A model generated the notes under the pieces. That model was not told the origin of the DNA, did no database searches, and was given only the letters and a program-made list of their open reading frames with translations. Positions 34,843-43,975 of a DNA stretch of 64,000 nucleotides are shown here, in pieces. The stretch lies in the IMG/VR virus record IMGVR_UViG_3300046318_000439, positions 128,001 through 192,000 of that record; one strand, written 5' to 3'. This stretch comes from a virus (taxonomy: Duplodnaviria; Caudoviricetes). A program made the position numbers and the translations under genes. How positions within the stretch are numbered: the stretch's first letter is position 1; each line of letters starts with the position of its first letter.

Positions 34843-35717
34843 AGACGATCAATCACTCCAATATTAAATTTTACAACATCATCGTGCGCTTTCACTTCAT
34901 GATTGTAGCTGAAATTAACTTCAGACTCAACTTTGCCGTGTTCAAGGCCAGACGGGGAGCGATCGAAGGGTACCCCATTAATACCAGCCCACACAGCTGC
35001 TGATGAGTCCCATGAATAGATATATGGTTGATATTCTCGTAATAACTCAATCTCGTTTGGACCATCTGTCATACCCAAGCAGTGAAACTTCTTAATAGCT
35101 CTTGCTGGTTGCAATAGTCCACGGTCATCTAATGACTTAAACATCATCCATCGTGATAAGAAACGTTGCAGTTTGTATGCGTCATTGCGTTTACCATCAC
35201 CGTGCTTAGACTCATTTACTTCAAATGCAATAGGACATGCTAGAATAGATACACCAATCAAATCCACTTCTGGATTCTCAATAGCCCATTCATATGAATT
35301 CATAATACCTTCCACATCACCCAATTCACTTTGAGGAACATAGAATGTACCGAACCCAGCATCCTTCAATTGAGGAATCTGTTTGATTGCTGTGTTCATT
35401 GTTTTCGACCATTCTTCTTTTGGATAGTCAGACATAACAATAACATCAGCCTTACAACGCTTACCCATCTCAATTAACTTGTTCGGATCATACATTGGAC
35501 GACCTTGCTTAAACATCTCGAAAGCTGAGTTGTCCATAATCTTTACTTTACCATCATCTAGATTAGCATAGTAGTCAGCATATGCTGGATCTTGTTCCAC
35601 AAGATGAGCAAGCAATAAGTGAGCTCCATTAGTTTTTGTATATCTGTCTAGGAAGTGGGTGGGAGCAATGTGACAGAATTTAATTCCATCATTAATATTT
35701 TTATTTAAGGGTGTCAT
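34830..35717 (-). CDS. dpdA: TGT-like (DpdA-family) deazaguanine transglycosylase
   Basis: IMDNSAFE, MSDYP, FHCLG, SWDSS TGT-type motifs; context with folE/queE. Confidence 0.7.
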   Translation of the reverse strand: MTPLNKNINDGIKFCHIAPTHFLDRYTKTNGAHLLLAHLVEQDPAYADYYANLDDGKVKIMDNSAFEMFKQGRPMYDPNKLIEMGKRCKADVIVMSDYPKEEWSKTMNTAIKQIPQLKDAGFGTFYVPQSELGDVEGIMNSYEWAIENPEVDLIGVSILACPIAFEVNESKHGDGKRNDAYKLQRFLSRWMMFKSLDDRGLLQPARAIKKFHCLGMTDGPNEIELLREYQPYIYSWDSSAAVWAGINGVPFDRSPSGLEHGKVESEVNFSYNHEVKAHDDVVKFNIGVIDRLCRR

Positions 35718-35748
35718 TTAATTTTAGCCTTGTTGTTAGATTGTTGCA

Positions 35749-36192
35749 TTATCTCTCAAAGTAGATACGGCAACCATTTTCATTATCTTCTGATACTTCA
35801 ATGCGGATCTCACGAGAAGGCCACGTCACTGCAATCTTGTCGTATAAATCTTTTGCAGTCATTTCACATGATTTGTAATCTACTGATAATGTCTTCTCAC
35901 TATACCAGCTTTCTAGTATTCTTTTCAACTGGATAAACTCTACATCTCGGTTGTCGTGGAATACTTCCATCTCTACTCTAAAGTGAAAGATATGGCGGTG
36001 AGGCGATGCCAAGAAACTAACATCAAGCCAATCGCCTGTTGCTAGTTTCGGATCGGTCGCTGCTGCTGGATATCTGTGAATGCCTTCTTTTTGAAATGTG
36101 ACCCAGATAAAAGACCTAGGCAACTTACCAATAGTAAAGTTATCCTCAACTCCATCTGGTAGTGTGTATGTTATTTCAGTAGGTGTGCTCAT
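35749..36192 (-). CDS. QueD-paralog T-fold protein, DpdL-like (putative CDG decarboxylase)
   Basis: EGIH, FLASPHRHIF (LxxxHRHxF), DVEFIQLKR, SCE, EDNENG. Confidence 0.65.
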   Translation of the reverse strand: MSTPTEITYTLPDGVEDNFTIGKLPRSFIWVTFQKEGIHRYPAAATDPKLATGDWLDVSFLASPHRHIFHFRVEMEVFHDNRDVEFIQLKRILESWYSEKTLSVDYKSCEMTAKDLYDKIAVTWPSREIRIEVSEDNENGCRIYFER

Positions 36193-36665
36193 ATTTTTAA
36201 CTTCTTCATGTTAATAAAACTTGGTATATTATCGCAATAGAGTAATATCGTTCTGTTACCCCATTGATCGGTGTATACGCGATATTCACTAGCATTATTG
36301 GTAACAAACTGTTGCATATCCTTACGTTTATATAATACAGCATCATGCGTATTAATGTCAATATGGATAATAAACTCACTAATCTTTTTAGGGTTGAATA
36401 ACCAACCACGTGGTCCTACCTCAACGTAAAACCGTTTGTTGTTGAGATTGCCTTTGACATCAACAGTAAACAATTTGTCACCCTTTTGCACAATAAAATC
36501 AATTCCTGATACCTGATCGTGATAATCGCTTTCACGGTCGTGAGCAATCATTCCTTGATTTGCAACGTGTTGTGCGTATAGCAATTCAGCTGCTCGTCCT
36601 TTTGCTCCGTTAGCCCCATATGCTCCCTCAAGCGTCGGTGTCCATTCTGGTGTCAATCTAGACAT
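36189..36665 (-). CDS. PD-(D/E)XK-like nuclease (likely start 36665)
   Basis: GRAAE...DQVSGIDF...TVDVKG spacing. Confidence 0.5.
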   Translation of the reverse strand: MSRLTPEWTPTLEGAYGANGAKGRAAELLYAQHVANQGMIAHDRESDYHDQVSGIDFIVQKGDKLFTVDVKGNLNNKRFYVEVGPRGWLFNPKKISEFIIHIDINTHDAVLYKRKDMQQFVTNNASEYRVYTDQWGNRTILLYCDNIPSFINMKKLKI

Positions 36666-36677
36666 AAAACTCCATAA

Positions 36678-36712
36678 TAAAAAAGCCCACACCCAATTAA
36701 GAGTGTAGGCTC
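36678..36712 (-). terminator. Rho-independent terminator
   Basis: AGCCTACAC...GTGTGGGCT followed by T-run. Confidence 0.75.
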
Positions 36713-36728
36713 ATATCACTTGTTTATA

Positions 36729-36992
36729 TTAAACGCGTGAGAACAATGCATCTGCGCCTAACAAAGCAACAGCTGCTGCAACCATACGACGGCTTGGTGT
36801 GCCCAAGCGATACTTCAAAGTCTCGCGACCTTTAGTATCTGTATGTTTGTTCAAGTAGATCGCATGACCTTCTTGACGTAGCAAAGACACTACTTTGCGT
36901 GGTGATGCAATGTTAAACTGCGCACCAATTTGCTTAGCTGTCAATTGACGGCCTTCTTGTAACACATTCAATACTTTCTGCTTTTGATTCAT
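36729..36992 (-). CDS. Winged-helix DNA-binding protein
   Basis: KVLNVL..GRQLTAKQI..FNIASPR..V..LRQEG..IY...KYRLGTP. Confidence 0.75.
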   Translation of the reverse strand: MNQKQKVLNVLQEGRQLTAKQIGAQFNIASPRKVVSLLRQEGHAIYLNKHTDTKGRETLKYRLGTPSRRMVAAAVALLGADALFSRV

Positions 36993-37041
36993 ATAGTACT
37001 CCTACAAAGTTAATAACATAATCTGGAAACCAGAATGTTCA

Positions 37042-37071
37042 TTCTATAGCATAATTAAAAAAGAAGTCAAC
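37042..37071 (-). promoter_or_regulatory. Sigma70-like early/middle promoter
   Basis: TTGACT-18 nt-TAGAAT. Confidence 0.55.
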
Positions 37072-37073
37072 TG

Positions 37074-37766
37074 TTATTTGTTACTACCAATACGGGCAAT
37101 GTTCAAAAACTCACGACGCACTTCTGAATCGGGAGCTGAGAACAGACCACGGGTTGATAATGTAACAGTTGATGAGCCTGTGTCTTGAATGCCACGGCTC
37201 TTGACGCAGTAGTGGGCAGCGTCAATGTATACAGCGACGTGTTCTGTCTCTGTAATAAATGCAATTGCTTCACAGATCTGCTCTGTTAGACGTTCTTGCA
37301 CTTGTGGGCGCTTTGCAAAGAATTCTACAATACGGTTTAGCTTAGATAAGCCAAGAACCTTCTTGGTTGGAATATATGCAACAGTCGCCAACCCATCAAT
37401 AACTACAAAGTGGTGTTCGCAGTTAGATTGGACGTTAACATTACGCTCAAGAACAAATGAATGGTTGTAATCCATTTTGTTTTCGATCGTAGTGCATTTT
37501 GGGAACTTTGTGTAATCAAGACCCCAGAAGATTTCGTTGACATACATTTTCGCTACACGGTTAGGGGTATCTTCCAAAGAGTCATCATTTAAGTCAAGAC
37601 CAAGAGTATCCATAATCTGTTTGAATAATGGAGCAATCTCTGCAATCTTATCTTCTGATGGACGGAGAACTTTATTAGTGATAGGCGTTTCCAAGCCTTT
37701 TGATAATAAATGTTGGTGAACGCGCAAACCAAGTTCTGCATTCGCTTTATGCACTGGATGTGACAT
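37074..37766 (-). CDS. folE: GTP cyclohydrolase I
   Basis: TPNRVAKMY, SNCEHH, GLSKLNRIV, RPQVQERLT, HYCVKSRG. Confidence 0.97.
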   Translation of the reverse strand: MSHPVHKANAELGLRVHQHLLSKGLETPITNKVLRPSEDKIAEIAPLFKQIMDTLGLDLNDDSLEDTPNRVAKMYVNEIFWGLDYTKFPKCTTIENKMDYNHSFVLERNVNVQSNCEHHFVVIDGLATVAYIPTKKVLGLSKLNRIVEFFAKRPQVQERLTEQICEAIAFITETEHVAVYIDAAHYCVKSRGIQDTGSSTVTLSTRGLFSAPDSEVRREFLNIARIGSNK

Positions 37767-37871
37767 AGATTGTATTTCCTTTCAGGTTGTCGGTGGAAAG
37801 GTCAAGGACCACCAGAATGATTTCTGGTATACTACTTATAAAAAAATAGCACCACTTGGATGCCATTTTAT

Positions 37872-37902
37872 ATCTTTAAATGTCTAAAGTCAACTATCAG
37901 TT
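37872..37902 (-). promoter_or_regulatory. Sigma70-like promoter
   Basis: TTGACT-17 nt-TAAAAT upstream of folE. Confidence 0.55.
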
Positions 37903-37909
37903 GTAATGA

Positions 37910-38233
37910 TTATGCACATTGTTTTTCCATTTCAGCATACCATGCTTCTTGCTCACGTTTACGCTCATCATCAAGCCACTTAGCGCGCTGAGCAAGCTCA
38001 GGATCAGTCTCCTCTATTACCCAACCCTGCTCTCGTAAATGCTCACGACCTTGGAAGGTCTGCTTGAGTTCGTCCATTTCATTATGGATTCGTTGAATCT
38101 GACCCTCAAGAAACTCTTGATCGTTCCATTGCTCATTACTCACCCAACGAGGACGGAATCCATAAAAGTCTTTATGGAAATCGCTAAATTCACATTGGAG
38201 CTTTTCTACTACTGTAAAATCATCCCAAGACAT
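37910..38233 (-). CDS. Hypothetical protein (likely start 38233)
   Basis: FSDFHKDFYGFRPR motif common in phage early genes. Confidence 0.7.
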   Translation of the reverse strand: MSWDDFTVVEKLQCEFSDFHKDFYGFRPRWVSNEQWNDQEFLEGQIQRIHNEMDELKQTFQGREHLREQGWVIEETDPELAQRAKWLDDERKREQEAWYAEMEKQCA

Positions 38234-38263
38234 TTCAAAACCTCTCTCAATTAACATATAACC

Positions 38264-38292
38264 ATTATCCGGTTTTATTAATAAAAGGTCAA
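38264..38292 (-). promoter_or_regulatory. Sigma70-like promoter
   Basis: TTGACC-17 nt-GATAAT. Confidence 0.5.
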
Positions 38293-38327
38293 CAGCTAAA
38301 ATAACGTGTAAATATTGGGTAGGATAC

Positions 38328-38355
38328 AAAAACAGCCCACATAAAATGGGCTGTA
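38328..38355 (-). terminator. Rho-independent terminator
   Basis: ACAGCCCA-ttttatg-TGGGCTGT then TTTT. Confidence 0.75.
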
Positions 38356-38376
38356 TAATGTTATTTTAAATCTAAT

Positions 38377-38850
38377 TTAGGTCGGAGTTGAGGGGGTTGA
38401 GGTTGAACCTGGATCAGATTCCCACCAAAAATGTACCCATTCTTTATATGACTCACGACTAATAGTGGTACCACAATAATCTGGCTTGATGCTTTGGTCT
38501 TTGTTATAAATCATAACAGCAATACCAACCTTATCTCGGCCGCAGCCCCAATCTTCTAACAACTCTTTCATTGTACGGCCAGAATCTAAAATATCATCTA
38601 CTAACAACACATTCTTGCCTTCAGCAATATCTTCCGCGATATCTAATGCCGATTCCCTCATTTGATCGCTATGAAAAGTTGACCACGACACTGTACGCAT
38701 TGGAATACCTAAACGATGCGATAGATACACAGCAGGAATTGCACCGCCTCTCACAATACCGACAACGTAGTCGTAAAACTTACCAGAACCAGTAATTTGA
38801 TGTACCAATGAGTCTGCATCTTGTTTGAATTGATTATATGAATAATACAT
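38377..38850 (-). CDS. Type I phosphoribosyltransferase (purine PRT-like)
   Basis: VGIVRGGAIPA, VLLVDDILDSGRT, WVHFWWE. Confidence 0.9.
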   Translation of the reverse strand: MYYSYNQFKQDADSLVHQITGSGKFYDYVVGIVRGGAIPAVYLSHRLGIPMRTVSWSTFHSDQMRESALDIAEDIAEGKNVLLVDDILDSGRTMKELLEDWGCGRDKVGIAVMIYNKDQSIKPDYCGTTISRESYKEWVHFWWESDPGSTSTPSTPT

Positions 38851-38851
38851 T

Positions 38852-39733
38852 TTATTTTCCTATCACGTTACCGAACACGTAACAATGATTACGTGTAGCT
38901 ACATTAAATCCTCGTTTCATTGCTTCAATACTAATCTTAGCAACTTGTTCATCTTCTTGTTGATCTTTCGTAGCACCAACTGGCATCACCCAGAAGTCTA
39001 CTGGAAGTGAAGAAGCAGCGTAGATATCTTTTACAGCTTGATCTACTTCAGCCCAGCATGCATCTGTTCCATTAACCACAAACTTAACCACATGCGTGTA
39101 GCCAGCCTTAATATAAGAAGCAATCACTTCAGGCTTCACAGCATCTTTCTCACCAGACACCGTAAACAGTTTAGGCGACATTGCGAAGTGGAAATCAATT
39201 CCAGAATAATGAATCATCTCTTCCATCGCTGGAGTAATCTCTTTAGTGGCATTGGTCTCAATTGTAATCAGCTTAGGCATGTTATCACGCTTCTTAAGCT
39301 CTTCTACGACAGCAATCATAGCCTTCTGCCACATCATTGGCTCGCCACCAGTAAAACACAATTGTGTGTCAATTCCTGTAATAGGATGAACCCATTTACC
39401 TTCTGGATTAGTTTCATGCTTAAGCATGTCAATCAACTTATTGCCAACTTCTTCTTCATTATTGTCTTGTACTAAATGCTTATACTTGGCTGACCAGGAG
39501 TAAGAAGAGTCACATCCATGCTTCCATACTGGCAAGTCTTCAATACGATTAACAGTACTGATATCAAACGTTGCATATGGTAAGATGTATGTTTCTGGAT
39601 TGGTAGGATCCGATTGTCCGAATCCATTACATTCTAGGTTACATCCAAAGAATCGAATCCAAGCACTAGGCTTGCCAGCATATAATGCCTCACCTTGGAA
39701 ACTATAAAACATTTCTGATATTCTAATTTTCAT
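38852..39733 (-). CDS. queE: 7-carboxy-7-deazaguanine synthase (radical SAM)
   Basis: SFQGEA, IRFFGCNLEC...GCDS, FTGGEP, IETN, SPKL, KFVV. Confidence 0.9.
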   Translation of the reverse strand: MKIRISEMFYSFQGEALYAGKPSAWIRFFGCNLECNGFGQSDPTNPETYILPYATFDISTVNRIEDLPVWKHGCDSSYSWSAKYKHLVQDNNEEEVGNKLIDMLKHETNPEGKWVHPITGIDTQLCFTGGEPMMWQKAMIAVVEELKKRDNMPKLITIETNATKEITPAMEEMIHYSGIDFHFAMSPKLFTVSGEKDAVKPEVIASYIKAGYTHVVKFVVNGTDACWAEVDQAVKDIYAASSLPVDFWVMPVGATKDQQEDEQVAKISIEAMKRGFNVATRNHCYVFGNVIGK

Positions 39734-39999
39734 TTAATAAACCACCTAAAGATGCCGATCATGTCGACAATAATAAAAAATGCATTCTGTAAGAGCATAG
39801 GATAGTCTTTTAGCTTGCTAAAGACAACGACTAAAAGTATATGAGCAAAAAGGAATGATACAAACCCCCACCGCGATATCTCTATATTAAGAGCTAACAC
39901 GCCTCCAGAAAATATGAAGAGAGTTGTTGCTATCCATTTAAATAGTACCGTCCAGTTTAACTGGAGGTAGGTCTGAAGGCTTGTAATATACTTCACCAC
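39730..39999 (-). CDS. Small membrane protein
   Basis: Three hydrophobic segments; start uncertain. Confidence 0.5.
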   Translation of the reverse strand: MVKYITSLQTYLQLNWTVLFKWIATTLFIFSGGVLALNIEISRWGFVSFLFAHILLVVVFSKLKDYPMLLQNAFFIIVDMIGIFRWFIK

Positions 40000-40495
40000 G
40001 TTTCGTTTGCCTGTCTAATTGTTTCTTTTGGTTCCATGCTCGATTGAGGTGCGGAACTGATGCACGCTTAGTAAAGATGATACCATCCAAATGATCCATC
40101 TCATGTAAGAACCCTCTAGCTGTCATGCCAATAAACTTTTCCGTATGAGTATCACCATAACAATCCTCATAACGAACTTTAATTACCTTAGGGCGCTTTA
40201 TTTTAATGAATAAATTTGGAAAAGTCAAGCAACCTTCATCCAATAAAACCATTTCAGATGTTTGGTCAATGATACGAGGATTAAAACACACCAACGGTTC
40301 TGCTGACCATAAAGCAAATACACGGTATGGAAGACCGCATTGGTTGGCAGACAGTCCTAGACCTTTGTTGTCCTTCATCGTTTCGATTAGATCGTTGGCC
40401 AGTTGTATAGGATCAGTAGGAGGATTAGAAAAGTCAAAATCTTCCATCTCTTGATACAGCAGCTTGTCTGTAGTTGGTTTAATTTGTAATATCAT
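39938..40495 (-). CDS. def: Peptide deformylase
   Basis: GLGLSANQ, EGCLTFP, HEMDHLDG. Confidence 0.97.
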   Translation of the reverse strand: MILQIKPTTDKLLYQEMEDFDFSNPPTDPIQLANDLIETMKDNKGLGLSANQCGLPYRVFALWSAEPLVCFNPRIIDQTSEMVLLDEGCLTFPNLFIKIKRPKVIKVRYEDCYGDTHTEKFIGMTARGFLHEMDHLDGIIFTKRASVPHLNRAWNQKKQLDRQTKRGEVYYKPSDLPPVKLDGTI

Positions 40496-40552
40496 TATGC
40501 AATCCGACTAAAGTTGTTTTTAATATATATGTTCATAAAGGAGACCTTTTAT

Positions 40553-41197
40553 ATGATAATGGATAAAATAATTAAATTCAACAAGCACTCGTCTAATAAA
40601 AAACAGATGGATGATCTAGGCATTGAAGATAAAAATGGTATTTACGAGCTGCCAGTATCTATTTTTTTAGATAAATTTCCTTGTTCAAACATAGTTAAGT
40701 TGAATTGTATATGCATGTCATGCAACACCACATACAGTCTCGCTGTCAGTGACTACACGAGAAAAAAACACAAAAACTACTGTTCCATATGTCTAAAGAC
40801 AAAGATTCTTACTGGACCAGCCGCTTCTCAATATGGTAAACATCATAATGCTGGAAAACAAAAAACAGAAGAACATAAGATGAAAATGAAAGGCCCTCGC
40901 GACAACATGAAGGGACATTTAAATCCAAACTGGAATCCTAATACTCCAGCGTTTAAGAGATATAAGAATAGAGTTCACCAACTTTCAAACCGAACATACT
41001 ACCGTCACCAACTAATTATCAACCCCTGCAACCATCCTCGAACTCTAGCAGGTGTGGAAGGAGGATGGCAGCTTGATCACATAATCTCAGTGAAAGAATG
41101 TTATAAGCTAGGATTGAGTGAAGAACAAGCATCGGCTCTAGAAAATTTACAGATGTTACCATGGAAAACCAATTTATTGAAATCAACTACCCGTTGA
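40553..41197 (+). mobile_element. HNH-like homing endonuclease gene on opposite strand (likely start 40553)
   Basis: CMSC/CSIC, NPNW, WQLDHIIS...ALENLQML; AAGGAG RBS. Confidence 0.75.
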
Positions 41198-42907
41198 AGC
41201 AATACGGCTAAAGTTTTTATGTTTTTCAAACTTTATGGTATGCTCAAACTTGTCCGCTAGCTGATCGCCTTTATGACTTATGATGAATGTATTAGTGTCG
41301 CTTGTTAAACCATTTAATATTTTTAAGAATTCATCTGTGCCAGACGAGTCTAATGAACTATCGAATACTTCGTCCATAATGAGAAGATTAGTAGAAGCAC
41401 TATTACGAAGCTTAGCAACAGCTCTCCAAGCAAATAGGAGGGCCAAGTCAATGCGCATCTTTTCACCTTCTGAAAAACTATCGTAAGTAAATTCATCTCT
41501 AAACCTCGATTTAATTGTCTCTTCAAAATTCTCGTTTAGCTCAAAGCTAACGAAGAAGTCCATTGCTGCAAGATACTTGTTAATTAATTTATTAATAATT
41601 GGAACATACTGTTTAATAATTTTAGTCTTAATACCAGAATCTTTCAACAGCACAGCGGCAATATCAAATACTTGTTTATCTTTTGACAGTGTTTCTTTAT
41701 CTGCAATTGCTGTCTTTAAATCTTCTTTAAGCTGTTTGATCTCTTCGTTATTAGCATCAATGTGTTTAGTATTTGCTCCAATATCTTCTATTTCTTTGTT
41801 GATCTGAGTCACAAATGTAGACCAAGTTCTAATCTGTACTAGAAGATCAGACACTTCACGGTTGCGTGCAGTAATAGTAGATGATATCTTAGCAATCTCA
41901 GACAAACGCTCATTGATGCCAGTTAACTCTTCAGCTATCTGCTGCTTACCTCGTTCAATCTCAGCTACTTGATTATTATTAGTCTCAAGGATTGATGTTT
42001 TGTGAGTGTGTTCAATGCCCTGGCGGCATGTAGGACAATCGTCGTGCGATTCGAAGAATGTAATATCTTTTTTAATCTTATCTAAACGATTATCTACTTT
42101 TCTAGCAAGGTCTTGTACAGTATCTAACTTCTTACGTACCTTGTCTTGATCGACGACCGTCTCGGATAACTTTTCAATCTCAGAACTAATCTCAGCCACT
42201 TTACCATTAGCAGCTGTAATGTCATCGTTTACTTTTTGTAATTGTTCATTCTTTTGTTTGATTAATTCATCATTATTCTGCTTCAATGATTCGATATGCT
42301 TCTTATGCATTTCGATCTTTTCCGCACTACCTTTGATCTTGTAGTCAACGTCAGTGGCTTTAATCCTATTGTATGCAATCTTATCCTTTAGGATAGAATT
42401 CATTGTAGAGAATATTTGGATATCGAGCAGATCTTCTACAATTTCTCTACGATGAGATGTAGGCAGCTGCATAAAAGGAACAAAGGAAGCTGAACCGAGA
42501 ATAACAATCTGCGCAAAAGACTTTTGGTTTAGCTTGAGAATTTGACTCTCAAGCATCTCTTGATATTCTTTAGCATCAGCGTTTTGATCTAATAGATTGC
42601 CTTCGCTGTAGATTTCAAATACATTAGGTTTGATGCCACGAACTACTTTGTAATTCTTTTTACCAATGGAAAACTCTAACTCTACGACAGTACCTTTACC
42701 GTTGATTGTGTTGATTAGTTGATTCTTATTTACTTTTCTAAATGGCTTGCCATACAAACCAAAAGACAAGGCATCTAATATGGTAGACTTACCAGCTCCA
42801 TTCTCACCAACAATCAATACAGTCTTATAACTATCGAATACAATCTCAGTGAATGTATTTCCAGTACTTAACAAGTTCTTCCAACGGATACTTTTAAAGT
42901 ATATCAC
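41183..42907 (-). CDS. gp46: Recombination endonuclease ATPase subunit
   Basis: GENGAGKS, CPTC hook, FSEGEKMRIDLAL, LIMDEVFDSSLD. Confidence 0.97.
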   Translation of the reverse strand: MIYFKSIRWKNLLSTGNTFTEIVFDSYKTVLIVGENGAGKSTILDALSFGLYGKPFRKVNKNQLINTINGKGTVVELEFSIGKKNYKVVRGIKPNVFEIYSEGNLLDQNADAKEYQEMLESQILKLNQKSFAQIVILGSASFVPFMQLPTSHRREIVEDLLDIQIFSTMNSILKDKIAYNRIKATDVDYKIKGSAEKIEMHKKHIESLKQNNDELIKQKNEQLQKVNDDITAANGKVAEISSEIEKLSETVVDQDKVRKKLDTVQDLARKVDNRLDKIKKDITFFESHDDCPTCRQGIEHTHKTSILETNNNQVAEIERGKQQIAEELTGINERLSEIAKISSTITARNREVSDLLVQIRTWSTFVTQINKEIEDIGANTKHIDANNEEIKQLKEDLKTAIADKETLSKDKQVFDIAAVLLKDSGIKTKIIKQYVPIINKLINKYLAAMDFFVSFELNENFEETIKSRFRDEFTYDSFSEGEKMRIDLALLFAWRAVAKLRNSASTNLLIMDEVFDSSLDSSGTDEFLKILNGLTSDTNTFIISHKGDQLADKFEHTIKFEKHKNFSRIASTGS

Positions 42908-42910
42908 TAA

Positions 42911-43972
42911 TTACTCCACGCTTAATGCTTCATGATAAAGAGTTCTAATTAAATTATCAAGCCTTTGACGATCACCTTGAATTTGCATTTGATCGACATA
43001 CTTGTTAAGAATAGTAAGCGTATCCTCTGCTTCATTCACAATATCATCATCGGCTTCTAAATCGAGGTGGAAGTGATCCTCCACAACCTGCATATCAAGA
43101 ACGCCAGCCTTTTCGAGTTTATCCACATACATATCAAACCAATGCGGATTTGTTTTATTACGAACGATGATCTTTACAATTGTGCCTCTGTACTGCTCAA
43201 AGTTTACATTCAATACATCGTCCATACTCCCTACGGCATCATCGTAGTGGACCTTATGGAACATTACGTTAGGATTAGGAACAAACGTCAATTGTTTTGT
43301 ATCTGTATCGAATATATGGAACCCTTTAAGGTCATTGAAATCAGACCATGTTATCTCATATGGTGTTCCGAGATACTGAATATTCTTGTGCGATGATTTG
43401 TGGTGGAAGTGACCAGACAATACCATAGGATGTTTTGCAAATGCGTCCATTGGCATACCTTCATCACAAACAGCGCCACGATACATTTCGAAACCAGCAA
43501 TCTCAAAATGTCCAATTATAACATCAGCGCTTGTTGACGCAATAGCATCTAAGCATTGCTTCTCGTTAGCTTGACAAATCCATGGAACCATTAAGAATTT
43601 ACAATCTTCAAATTGTATTTCCGTTGGGTCCTCATATACACTAACGTTACTATACTCTTTCAGTAGTAACGTCAATGAGTTAACTTCGTTTGTATTTTTG
43701 TAGTAGGTGTCATGGTTGCCAATAATAACACGACATGTGATGTTCTGCTTAACCATTGGATCGAAGAAATAATCTCGACACGACTTCAGTGTCTGAAAGT
43801 TAATATATTTTCTTCGGTCGAATACATCTCCCATTTGTATTACATTTGTAATACCGTGTTCTTTTAAGTATGGAAAGAATATATCGTTATAAAACTTCTC
43901 GAAAAATGCATGGAAATGAGGGCTATCATTCCTCGCACCAAAGTGCGTATCTCCTAATACAGCAACTAACAT
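42911..43972 (-). CDS. gp47: Recombination endonuclease nuclease subunit
   Basis: GDTHFG, GDVFDRRK, GNHDTYYK, SGHFH. Confidence 0.96.
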   Translation of the reverse strand: MLVAVLGDTHFGARNDSPHFHAFFEKFYNDIFFPYLKEHGITNVIQMGDVFDRRKYINFQTLKSCRDYFFDPMVKQNITCRVIIGNHDTYYKNTNEVNSLTLLLKEYSNVSVYEDPTEIQFEDCKFLMVPWICQANEKQCLDAIASTSADVIIGHFEIAGFEMYRGAVCDEGMPMDAFAKHPMVLSGHFHHKSSHKNIQYLGTPYEITWSDFNDLKGFHIFDTDTKQLTFVPNPNVMFHKVHYDDAVGSMDDVLNVNFEQYRGTIVKIIVRNKTNPHWFDMYVDKLEKAGVLDMQVVEDHFHLDLEADDDIVNEAEDTLTILNKYVDQMQIQGDRQRLDNLIRTLYHEALSVE

Positions 43973-43975
43973 TAA

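Noticed and set aside
17538-37840. Calling the queD and folE leaders canonical preQ1 riboswitches
   Set aside because: Topology is suggestive but the loop consensus is not met by eye, so they are reported as candidates only.
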